From Amoebophrya sp. A120 (Eukaryota > Protista > Dinoflagellata), in contig CAJINV010000006.1 in the NCBI GenBank assembly GCA_905178155.1, forward strand, positions 2,088,230 to 2,152,229: DNA of 64,000 nucleotides. The letters are read 5' to 3'. The number at the start of each line of letters is the position of its first letter. Positions within the stretch are counted from its first letter, which is position 1. Below are positions 23,164-34,933 of the stretch, one piece after another. The translations under genes were made by a program, and so were the position numbers. Below the pieces are notes generated by a model. That model had not been told where the DNA came from and ran no database searches. It worked only from the letters and a program-made list of their open reading frames with translations.

Positions 23164-25978
23164 ATGAGAGGATGAGGAACGATTAAGTTTAGTACGGGAA
23201 GCAGCTCCTGAGGAGGGGTGTTGATGATGGGGAGGAGCTGCATCAACTGGGGGTGAGTGACCACGAAAGATCGTGACACTGGAAAGTGACAAGAGCCGCA
23301 ACATACTTGTCTGGTCAAGAAGCTGCCCTGTCAGAAGAAGTAGAACCGATCCACTACCCACAACGACCGCAGCCACAGCAGGGCTGATAATTTGCAACTA
23401 TTTCAGAACAGAAGAACACTTTTTTTTTCACAGACTTATTTTCAATAAACTTACCTTTCAGCATTCTATACTTTTCGCACAAATGGTAATGGTTTTAAAT
23501 CAAATACGTTTCGTTTCTTTTTCAAAATGAGGACAGCATGGATAGTTGTTCGTCAAGCAGCGTTGAAGATGAAAAACTCCTGTACAGAATAACATTGATA
23601 GGATTGAGTTTGAACAGATCATTGGTTCGCAAGAAAAATGTATTTCTGCGACGTACCGATGATGTTAAAGCACCACGGGGGCTTCTTGCAAATATTTGTT
23701 TCGCGAGGCCGGTTCACTTGTGTTCCCGCTTTGCCAGCGAGGCGGCGGCGTCTTTGTATGTTGTGTCGAAGTTGTGCAAAAAGTATTCACCACAAGAGAA
23801 AACGAGGGAGGGGCGCAGCAGTGTGCTGGGTCTGTGAGGCCCTCGGCCGGCGAGGTGTTGCGCCCTTCCTGCCATGGAGGGGGTGGCGGCCGGCGGGGTT
23901 TTTATATTTTTCCCGAATGGAAACGACGGGCGCCGCTGCTCGTCAGGCGATTGCGCTGGTTCCTGAAGTTCTTGAGCGACTGTGGAGCGGGGCCATCGGG
24001 GGGCACATTGTTGGCGCACCAGCGCCCGGAGGGCGACGCGGGCCGCCGTTGTGGATATGGGTGACGGAGTGGGCGGGCTATCGGTCCGGCCAGTCTGGCG
24101 GCAGGCTCGCTGACCCGGAGAGGGAGCCGACGGAGGTCCGGGCGGAGGTTTCTCCGGCGTCGTGCCACCAGCTGGACACGAAAAACGCACACCCGGGAAA
24201 GAAGCCGCCGGCGGGCCCCCTGGTCAGTCTGCCTGCCTTTCGTAGCGAGGGAGCGAGGCGCGTCAGCGGCCGGCGCAGTTTGTGCACCCATCGGCGCCGG
24301 TAGCGATGGGGGCGGGCCTTGTCTGTGTCGCAAGGAAGCCCTGCCGCGCGCTTGGGGGCCTGTATGGCGGCCGCCCTTCGCTTCGTGGAGCGAGGGCGGC
24401 CGCCCTTCCTTTGGGCGTGTGCCTGTGGGTTTCATTTCATTCGCGCCGGCCGCGAGCTAGCGGCTGCGGCGGGGCGGGAAAAGCGAGGCGGCCTGGCGCA
24501 ATGATCTACCCTGGCGCCCGTCGGGCCCCGCCAGCGAGCGCTAAAAAGGACCTGGAACAACGCAGCCGCCTCCTCTGATGCGCCTCCCCCCCGGGCCGCA
24601 GAAGCCCCGGGCCGTGTATGTTCCCGCCGCCTGGCCGGCCGCCGGCTGGCTGCCGCCCGCCTCTCCCCGGGCCGGTACCTGGTTGCCTACCAGGCTGTGG
24701 ACCGGTGGCCGGCCCTGCCAAACGCTGGTGGGGCCCTTTCTTTGTCGGCCCGCGCGCGATTTGTAGGCAGGCCGGCCGGCCCGGTCCGGACGGAGCGGTC
24801 GCCTCCTGTCGCGCCGCCGCCCGCGGTTGGGGCGGGCCCGCCCGCCGGCCGGGCGAAGGACTAAATTTGTTGGCTTGTGTTTGGCCGACCCCATTCATTG
24901 GCAGGCAGGCCTGGCAGAGTGATTGCTGGGCCTGCCAAGGCAGGGCCGGGCGGGCGCCCGCTGGGCTGGATGGTTCTTGCCTCCCCATCTTGCGAAGCAC
25001 TCTGCGCGACCACGCCCCCGACGAAGGGGCCGCCCGGTGTTGCAGCATGCAGGGAGGCACCTGGGTGGGCACCCAGCATGCGTCGTCCATCCAACCTACC
25101 ATTGACGGCCGCCTTCGTGCCGCGGTCGGTGAAACGAAGGATAAAAGGGCCCAACGTCAGGCGTCCCAAGGTGGAAGCGTGCATTCCCATAATCTCAGCC
25201 GCGTCGCAGCTGTGTGGGTGTCCTCTGGCCCGTCCTCGATCCCTGCCCTAGTTGTGTCTGTGTTCTCATTGTTGTCGCAGATGACGATTGTTCTGCGCAG
25301 AAGCTGAAGCAGGTCTCCTGCTACAGCGGGTCCTTTCCCTGCAGTCATCCGATGAGCCCCATCGGGGTTGAAGGTACCTCGCTAGCCGCAAGCATACCAA
25401 GTTGCCAAATAGCTACCTACCAGCACTCGCAGCACAGCATCTTTACTGCCACTTATTGCCGCACGAATCCTTCATCGACCTCCTCTTGGCAATATTGAGT
25501 AGATTAAGATATCTCTTCGCGTGCTGATGGAGTGACAACCTGCGCGACTTGACTATACTACATCAAGTTGAACCAACATGAAAACTTTCACGAACAAGAA
25601 GACGAGCACGACTGTTAATATTCGGAGCGTTGACCACGTCGAGAAGGAGAAGATGACAAAGCGCCAAAATTCATTAATTTCGTATGTGAAACACGCCTGC
25701 TCTCGTCCACCTGTGGATGTAGTGGCACTGCTCGGTGCAAGCAACATAAAATCTTCGAGAATACAGACGAGAATGTCCACAAGAACTACTTCTACTTGTA
25801 CTACCTGGGGAGATTCTTCTGTGACGTGAAACTAGTAACTCCGCCGGCCTCGTCGTCTTCCCCGCCGCAATTACCTATCTATTGCTTCAATTCTTGGAGT
25901 TATCCCCACACCGAGAACGAGGCGGGCCAAGTGCGTGCAACATCGAGTGACCGCGACCCGCGCAGCACAGTTGCCACG

Positions 25979-28900
25979 ATGACCGTGCTCTCGGCCGCTG
26001 GGCCCGCGAAAGAACCACCCGGCGTGATGAACCCGGCTTCGCAGGGTGGTGGTGCAACTGCCGCGGGGACCTCCAAACCGCCTGGTGGTACAGGGACTGG
26101 CGCAAGTGTCGAGGAAATCGAACAAACATTGTCGGAGATCTTCGACTTTTACGCAACACGGCCGCATTCCAAAAGTGCTTTGCTCTTTACATTTGTCATG
26201 CGTGCTACGACGTGGTCGAGAAGAGCATGGATTAGGATTTGTCCTTCATAATATTGGTAGCGCAGCAGAATGCATAGACTGCAACTTGTCGTGCTGCTAG
26301 GTCTGCGACAGTGACGAGGAAGATCATGCACATGATAATTTTTCAACACATCGTCCGCATTAACAAACCACTGCACCTTCAGGTACCGGCTCCTCTGTCC
26401 TAAAGTCTGCCAAATTCATGAAGATGTGTCTGGACGCCGACCTGGTGGACGACATGCAAAGCACCCAGGCTTCCGACCCACACGCGCGGTCGAAGCTGTT
26501 GACGTCTGCACGGTATCCTGTGCAAAAGTGTCGTACTCGTATTTTTGCAGTCAAGCTCATTACAAATCTTTTTCTCGAGGTAAATCACCGTATACAAATT
26601 TCATTTCTCATGCTGAGAAAATTTGTAATGCAATTCATACTAGTACGATATTACTTTTGCAATGCATACGCGGGTCGACTTGATTTTCAAAAAGTTGTGC
26701 GGGAACCGAACGACCATGACTTTTGAGCAGTTCATGAACGCTTGCGTCCAAATCGCGCTCACCAAATACCCGCACGTCAGCAAAGCCTACGAAGCCTTGT
26801 CAATTCTGTACGAGGATATGCATTGCAAACCAAGTACTCGTGCTAAAGATTGCAGACAAAGACATGCATTAGTGATATTATAAAATGTAAATCAGCATGA
26901 CAAATTCCAGTTGTAATGCTGAGATACAATTGCAATTCCTGCTAGGTCGACGAGTATACTTTATTTGCACTCTATAGAGGAGCACTTTTCGAAATTTCTC
27001 AACCCGCACGCGGAGCTCCTTGGCGTGTTCCTAGGCGGGCAACAGGACCACGCGGGCATTGGGGAGGAGTCTTTTTTCGAAGCCATCGCACCGGTCAAGG
27101 AGGCCGTGCTGACGCTCTATCAAGGGTATAATTTCATTTTCACGTTTTTCTGAAACCACTCAACGCATCTACTTTCTTACTTTCTATCTCTAATTCTACG
27201 TATGCAGCTTGCACCGATTCGTTTGGATGATATTTTGTTGCATGACAGTCGCCCTTTGGTTTTGCAGGTGCTGTTGAAGCAGAAATTCATTCTCATGCGG
27301 GCTCTACAACAACTACATGAAAGCAGGATTACGATTAGCAACGCCAATCTCGAATCAAAGGTACTTCTGCCAGGAGCTTAATCCGCATTTTCAGCAGCAA
27401 ACGGCAAGCCTCTATGCTGCGCAAAAGCATCGTACGAGTATGAATCGCATGACAAATTTCCTCAGCATGAGAAAGAAAATTTGTAGTGCGGATTTAACCT
27501 AAGAAAGAAATTTGTAATGCATGAATGCGATTAGTACGAGCACGATACTTTTGCGCAGGATAGCCTCGAATCGCAGTCGATGAAGGCCTTTCTCGCATGT
27601 CTGCACGACTTCGAGATCGCTCCGAATTTGGTTCCGAAACCGATCTGCTTATCGGTTTTCCGGGAGGTACTACTAGATGGCAAAACAGTTTTCATCTACG
27701 GAGGCTGTGGAGTTTGAGTTTGTCATGCATGCATGAACTTCGAGGGGAAGATGTGGTGCAATAGGGGTTTCATACAGTAGACTTGAAGTTCTAGGGGTTT
27801 CATACAGTAGACTTGGAATTTGTCATGCGGAAAGATATTAAAGCCCAAATCATACTTAATTGACCACGACAGGTCCTGAAAGCGAAAATTCCGGAAGAGT
27901 TTTTCGCTCAGTTTTTGAAGACCTCGGAGCTCACGGAGGAAGAACTGCAAAGCAAACCGATTTTGACACCTGAGGAGCTCTCTCTGAAGGGCCGGCTGTT
28001 CACCATCGGACACTTTGTGATTGGACTCTATTTGGTCGGAAAAAAACTCCGAAACGACCCGGCTGGGCTTTTGCAGCAACCGTCTCCGGCAGTGGTGATA
28101 ACCGAATTGCTGGAGAGGATGGACGTGTCAACGCCAGGAAAAATCATCTTCACTGCGGAGCGTATTGATCAATGTCGATGTCGTTTAGTTTTCTTGTGCA
28201 TGATTGATCGCATTTGCTAGTTATTGTTTGCGTGGCCCGCATGATGACATCAGCCTGCCAGGGCATATAACTGAAATAATCCTACAACTACATGACAAAC
28301 TGGTGATCTCCCCTCATCTCTCATTTCAGGCGCCCGGTCCCTCCCTCTCTCCAGTGCTTTCAACGCGCCAGGGAAAGTTCCGTTTTCGTTCTTCCCCGAA
28401 CCCAGGCCGCAATCAACATCTTCTCATAGTACCGGACAAACCGGCGCACCAGCTTCGTCATCTTCATCTAGTCAACAAAACTACAAAAAACCGACATCCC
28501 AGCACCTGCAACAAATCGGCGGCAGTTCGTCTTCCAGTAGCAGCGCGACGAGGCCTATCCAGGAAAAAACACCCATCCCCATCCATGTTTTGCATGACAA
28601 GCACTAGATTTTATGCCTGTTTTGCATGACGAATTGGATGGGGATGGGTGTTTTTTTGTGGATAAGGGCCAGGGCCGGGAGCACGCGAAGCCCAACCACG
28701 GGGATCATGAAGAATGGTTTGTCTAACAACTTCGCTAACCGGATTAATAATTCTGGGTCTTCCGCCGGGAGAAGAAATTTTTCGAAATTTCTCATTCCGG
28801 ACGACGTCGGGGTTTTCCTCCAACAGCAACTAAAACTGAAAGAAGACGACGATGGATCGGTTCTTTCCGGCGAGGAGATTGACCACCTGCTCCAGCAGCT

Positions 28901-31900
28901 CTTCCTTTACTACAGCTCGCTCGGAGACCCTCTGAACCGAAATAGCATGAGCTCCATGAAGTTTAACCGGTTCCTCCGCGACGCGGGTTTACTCCCTAGG
29001 GATTGCAAATATTTCTGGGTCTGGATAAGTGGAACTTGTAATGCTGTCCGCGGATTCTAAGAATATCTGTGTTGCATAAGCAGCAAGAGGAGTCAGCTCT
29101 TGGCACGCGGAAAGGGCATTTCTCATGCGTAATTAGCATCAAGAAGCTCTCAAAAAATCTGTGATGCTAGCAACAGCATCACAGACCTCACGGGTCATGC
29201 AAAATGCGCATGACAAACCCCGACTCTTCCAGACCTAGACATTTTTGCAATCCATACTCCCCGCGGAATTGCCGAAGGGCGCTCTGTCTTTTGACCAGAA
29301 ATCGCTGCAGGTAAAATCAAAGCTGTACAGCAACTACGCGCAATTACACGACGCCGGGGACTACCACGGGAGCGGAAAATGCACCAGGACCGCGAATCTG
29401 GAACGGTTGGTGGAAAACAGCGATTTCGTGTTGAATCAAGTGGATGTGGATTTGATCTTTCTGCAGGCAACAAATTACGAGAGGAAAAAACAGCATTCCT
29501 CCGGGCACCAAGTACGACACTTGCTGACCGTAAAAAGCTGGCGCAGGGCGGTCGCGGACATTGCAGTGAGACGGTACCTGGAATTGTTCGGCGTGGGGGT
29601 GGAACGGCTCATGCAGGAACAGCCGGAGGCGGTGATATTTGCAAGTATACTTTTTTACACAATCTTTGACTACTTTCGAGCTTTGCTGGACAATCTCGTC
29701 GGAGTGAACTAGCTACAACACAACTCTCCTGCTATTGACTTTGAATGAAACAAAAACTTAATAGCCGCCATCACCTCCTTTGCGGAGGCCATTCTGCAGC
29801 CGCTTTGCAACGCACTAGATTTTCAGTCCCACGTCGACGTTTCGAACTTTGCGGTGGAGATGGGTAGAAAGGAGATGGTGGAGTTATTCCATTCGCCAAA
29901 TATCAGTGACGGAATTTCCAAAATTTTCGCCTATTACGTATGCATTGCAAAACTCTAGTATCTTGGTCGTTATCGCAATACAAATACTAGCGCTTAGCAT
30001 GACAACATCAAATGGAATCTGTCATGCAAATTTTTTAGGTCGGGAAGGCGATTTGTCGTGCATGGTTGCGATAATTTATTACAACTACAACTACGGTGCA
30101 CAGCTTTTGCAATGGATACCATGCTGACCAAACCTACACAACATCTGCGGCGAACGCAAACTCCGCAATGATGAACTTGAATTCCCTTCGCTGGACTGTC
30201 AACAGCTTTCTAAAGTATAAAATTCCAAGTTGGATAATTTTGATTTTTTAGTTCAGTGAATTTCATCAATTTTTTCCCATGTAAGTTTCTCTTTCTTCTC
30301 GATTGAGTGATCTGCTGGTACCAAACTGTCATGCAATAGATCCTAATGTTGTACTGTACAGTACTAAAAATATGAGCAGAAGACAACTTCTCAAAAGCAA
30401 AAGTACACCCATACAATCATGTACCACTTTTTGAAATAGGTTTTGTGCCGACTTTGAGATCCAGGAGGAGCTATCGCACCTTCCTATCCATAAACAAACA
30501 CCCATCCCCATCCAATTTGTCATGCAAAATATGCGTCAGAGCCATTGTCTGCCATGCAAAAACTTGATGGGGATGGTTTTTTTTTGTGGATACTTCCCCT
30601 CCAGAGGATCTTCCAGGATTGCGCACAGGTGGAATTTATGCATTGGAAACATGTAGTGTTTGGGTCTGGATCATTGCAAGAGCTGCAAGACTTGGAATGC
30701 CGGAACGCATGTTGCGCAACGGTGCTGCTCGTCTGTGCTGTGCTGCAATGAAAATGCGGCTTTGCATGCACAGATCGCAGTAGATAGCCGCTTTTAGAAA
30801 AGCAAAATTGTCATGCGCTTTCTGCGTACGGGCTCGTCAGATGCACAACACAGTACGGTGACAACTAAGTACTTTGCATTTGCTCCAGAATTACGCCAGA
30901 TATGTTTGCAATGCATAGAACTGGTGGAAAAACGAACAGCGAATACTCTTCCGACTTCCAAAGCGGAAAAGGCGTCGGGGGACCAGTTAACGCGATTGGG
31001 GTTTCAACTCTCCTTGGTTCTGCTTGCCGTCAAGCTCAACAAAGCCGACTCCTCTCTACCGTCCCTGCAAGACCAGGTGATCGCGCTGTTACACAAACTC
31101 AACCACGCTCAGGGCGGGATGAAGGTATACTCCTAAAATCATACTTGGGTAGTTATTTGGGCAGTTTGTGTTGCATGAATCTGGAGGTTTAGCATTTCGA
31201 TTTCCACTAAAGCTAACAGTCCGTAATTCGCATGACACCACCTTGGGATATTCTTATTTACGTCGAGGTGCATGAACTAAAAATCAGGACCGTCCCTCCG
31301 TCGCCAGCTTAACCCGCAAAGGGATGCTGTTCACCAACTTACCGCCGCTTATGCAAAGCAAATATGTCTGGGTCTGGAAGGTTGAAACTTGCCATGCTAA
31401 CTCTGAATCATGCAAAAATCTGTGTTGCATGAGTGCCAACACCTGCCTCCTTGTGAGCCAGTTCGTTGGGCGGGAGTTTCTCATGCAGGATAGGCACGAC
31501 AGAGACATCGCAGAGTCTGTCATGCTAGGTTCGCATTCCAGGCCTCATTGGTCATGGGAAACCTGCATGAGAAGTTGACAGGCCTCCAGACCCGCCAGAC
31601 ATATTTGCATTTGATACCGCTCGGGACGTTACAACTGGATAATTTCCGGAGGAGTTTTGATTCCACTTCCGTGGAGAATGTGAATTGGAATTCTGTGAAA
31701 TATATGGATTGCAAATATGCCTCGGTCTGGAAGAGTGGAACTTGTAATGCTGTCTGCGGATTCTTAAGATATCTGTGTTGTATGAGCAGCAAGAGGAGTC
31801 AGCTTTTGGCACGCGGAGAGGGCATTTTTTCTCATGGGTCATTAGCATCAAGCAACTCTCAAAAAATCTGTGATGCTAGCACCAGCATCACACACCTCAC

Positions 31901-32100
31901 GGGTTATGCAAAATGTGCATGACAAGCCCCGACTCTTCCAGACCCAGACATATTTGCAATCCATAAAATCCGAAGAGATGTTTCTCCGGAACTCCTTCAA
32001 TACCGTAGCTGGGACGACGAGCTCATCTTCTATGGGTGGCGGTGGCAGTACGGCACCGAAGCTGTTAACGGAGAGGTTTTTCAGGACGCTACGGACTTGA
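25979..32100 (+). CDS. p25alpha(TPPP)/EF-hand-like repeat protein
   Basis: Units LSEIFDFYA...KFMKMCLDADLVD...VDLIFKKL...MTFEQFMNAC and LQQLFLYYS...MSSMKFNRFLRDAGLL...VDVDLIF, plus two DFEI units. 10 introners and several AG-ending introns; two donor sites unresolved. Confidence 0.65.
26514..26668. mobile_element. Introner family B
   Basis: TIR; DR cacgg/cgcgg. Confidence 0.9.
26817..26976. mobile_element. Introner family B (degenerate)
   Basis: DR gagga/gagga. Confidence 0.85.
27413..27562. mobile_element. Introner family B
   Basis: TIR; DR gcctc/gcctc. Confidence 0.9.
27762..27814. repeat. Short tandem duplication in an intron
   Basis: taggggtttcatacagtagactt twice, period 30 bp. Confidence 0.8.
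28556..28664. mobile_element. Introner family F
   Basis: TIR tatcca..aaaaaacacccatccccatcca; DR aggcc/agggc. Confidence 0.88.
28997..29256. mobile_element. Introner family A
   Basis: TIR; DR ctccc/ctccc. Confidence 0.9.
29939..30118. mobile_element. Introner family B (degenerate)
   Basis: Weak TIR; DR eroded (ttacg/ccatg). Confidence 0.72.
30485..30592. mobile_element. Introner family F
   Basis: TIR; DR cttcc/cttcc. Confidence 0.9.
30637..30917. mobile_element. Introner family A (degenerate)
   Basis: TIR tatgcattg.aaacat; DR gaatt/gaact. Confidence 0.8.
31350..31616. mobile_element. Introner family A
   Basis: TIR; DR ccgct/ccgct. Confidence 0.9.
31703..31965. mobile_element. Introner family A
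   Basis: TIR; DR aaata/aaatc; very similar to 28997-29256. Confidence 0.9.
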
Positions 32101-34933
32101 GAGGAAGAGGGTGTTGTAGCAGGGGGAGGAGTTTCTTCAGTTTTACTCGGCTAGTTTGGAGTAGAGCTACAACTGTGCTGGCTTGTTAATACACTTCATG
32201 TAGTCAGCACCCACGCAAATCTAAGGAAAAAAACGACATAGACAATAGAGCTTTCGCATCTCATCCACCAGGGACAACTCGCCGATAATCATTTATTCCA
32301 CAGCTATACCAAAACGAGGCTTGTTTCGTGCTTTCAAGAAAATTTTATACTCGTGTCGAACAAAATATCACCGTGTCGGTTAGCCGTAAGGCAGCAGCTA
32401 AGACAGATTCACAGCAAATTCAAATATACGATATACGCTTTCGATCGCCGAAGAGTCCTTACACAGATATTACCACATCCACATTTTTACTGCAAGAGTC
32501 GCACATCACAATCACTGTAGCAAAACTACTATAAAGCGCATCAGACTTCACTCACAAGACGAAAGTTTCATTCGGATCGATAGGTGACAAGGTAGTTGTC
32601 GTATTGTAAAAACGCCTTTAGGTAGTTGTACTGCCGAGATGATGCACTCTGAAATTCATCTCGGACTACGACGATGCAACAAATGAACTTGATGCTACAT
32701 CAAATTATAGTCGCACACATCCTACCCTGTTAGAATGAACGCAAATGTATCAACTGTGACGCTGCTGTAAGTGCCTCTTTCTACCATTTCAAAAATGTCT
32801 TTTTAACTCTGCTCTGTCGGTTCACAACTCGTCTCCTGAGTCTGCTTTTTTGGAATATGAGAAAACTGCACCTGAAAGTGGAAATGGAAATCAGAAAAGC
32901 GAAAGGTATGAAAAAAGCGGCTGCAGAGTATGCCCGTTGTGTGGGCCGCGGCATTTTAATGATAGTAGATGACGCACACACCGTCGTCAGCCGGGACGAT
33001 CATTCACGGACGTGCTCACGCCCTTCTGAAGCTGAACATAACCAGCCGAGTTTTGTGCTCACTGTGTGCCAGATGATCCCCAGTATAACTGCGCAAACTC
33101 AGACAGCCTCCCTCACTTGACGATCTGGGTGCGCAGCCGCGTCGGGCGTGCTCCAACGCCCGGCCGAAGGAGTCACAAGCAGCGCGGGGCCGTGGCGCGA
33201 CCAGCGTGCCGCGCCCCCATATTGCAAGGGAGCACACAGGCGGGGACGCCGCCCGAGCTGCGGCGCGTTTCGTCATTGGCTGCGTCGCGGATTGGCCTGC
33301 AGGGGCGGCCCCGACGATTGGTGGGCGGGGCGGATTTTGATGGGGGTCAGGGGGTCGCAAGTTGGGGCCCCGTCATTATTGAGGCATCCTACGCCACCCC
33401 CCTGGGGAGCGGAGTCCCCGCGGAGGCGCCGGACGGGGATGCAGGGCGCCGGCGTGTTCTTCAGGGGCGGGGGCACGGGGCCCCCGGGGTGGCCCTTTGG
33501 CGGTGTGGCGTCGTGCCTGTTCGGCCCCCCGCCCCCGCCCGCGCGCAGGCCGGCCCATCTAGGCCGGAAAAGTTTGTTGAAGTCACGCTTACCGAGGTGA
33601 ACAGCGCAGCGGCGGCGGGGGCGAGCGGTTTTGTCGGCTAATATATATGGCCGCGCGGTTGCTCCGCCCGCCGGCCGACCCCTTTCGTTGTTCGGTGCTT
33701 GACCGCCGTCCGGGCCCTCTCGCTAATCACATTGCATGAAGAACAGCGCGCGGCCAACTTGCGCCGGCTGCGTGCGCAGCCCGCTCGGTGCAGTTGCCCG
33801 AAGAAGAGGAGGCCGTCGCGAAGGTTGAGCAGCTATGGCGAGGCTGGTGCGTCGATTAAGGGGACGGGCGGCGCACCCTTGGCGAGCCGGCCGACGCCTT
33901 CAAATCAACGAACCAACGCGACCAGGGCGCATCGGGGGCGGGCCGGCGGAATGCAAACGCCCGCCCGGCGGCTGGCGCCGGGATTGGTGTACCGACCCCC
34001 GCGGCGCCCCACGCGTTCGCGATGGGCCGCCGAAAATGAAACGCCGGAAAATTGGCGACGGCGCCCCCCCGGCTGACAAGGTTGCGAAGGACAGGGCCGC
34101 GGTGCGGCCGCACGTCCGTCGGCCCCCCCCTTCTTTGTTTTCGCGCGCGGGCGCTTGCGAATAGTGCCCGCCCCCCCCCCTTGTGTGGGCTGTGGTTGCG
34201 CGCGTATTTGTGTCCGCCCCCCTTTCACTCCGCCCCAAATTGTAGAGGCGCGCGGCGCAGTCGGGGCGCCGCCGGAGAGAGATAGAGTGGCGCGGCTGGG
34301 TCCCCGGCCCGGCCGGCATCATCTGGTGGATGGTTGGCTTGGTCGGCGTGGTCATTGGTTCCTTCGTCTTCTGGCCCATTACAACTTGGTTTGCGCCCAG
34401 GCTCGCCCGCCGGCTTGCTAGCTTGGCTTGTATTGGGGCGCCGTCGCACCCTGCAAACGTGGTTGGGTGTCCGCTGCCTGGCGTCGTGAGTGAATGAAGC
34501 AAGGCCCGCGGCCGGGCCTCTGTCAAAGGCCCCCCGTGGCGGGCCTAAGTGTGTTTATGTGTCTGTGGGCATGGAGGCCTTCTCGCCCTGCTCGTACGTT
34601 GTTTCTGTTCATCTCCATTTCGGCGAGATTATTGCTTGTTGGCTTGCATTTGGGCCGTTCCTGTTTCTTAATCAATGTTTTCACAGGCGGATCCTGCTTT
34701 CATTGTCACGGTTTCACTTCTCCACGGTAGCTCATAGCCTTTTCACGGTCGCCGGCAATGCCTACGCGTGCTGTTCGCGTGAAAAAGATCCATTTGTGTA
34801 CGTACGCAAGCTCGTCGCTTTCTTGACTCTAAATTAAGGATTTTCTTGTTTCCGCTGTTGCTCGTCTATTTGGTGTTGTCGTGTATTTCGGTGTAGTTAA
34901 ATTCTCCTTTACATACGCATCCCCCAGCTCCAG

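Noticed and set aside
23638-25307. ORFs of 100-230 aa in the GC islands
   Set aside because: Overlapping in all frames, R/P/G/A-biased; expected from stop-codon scarcity.
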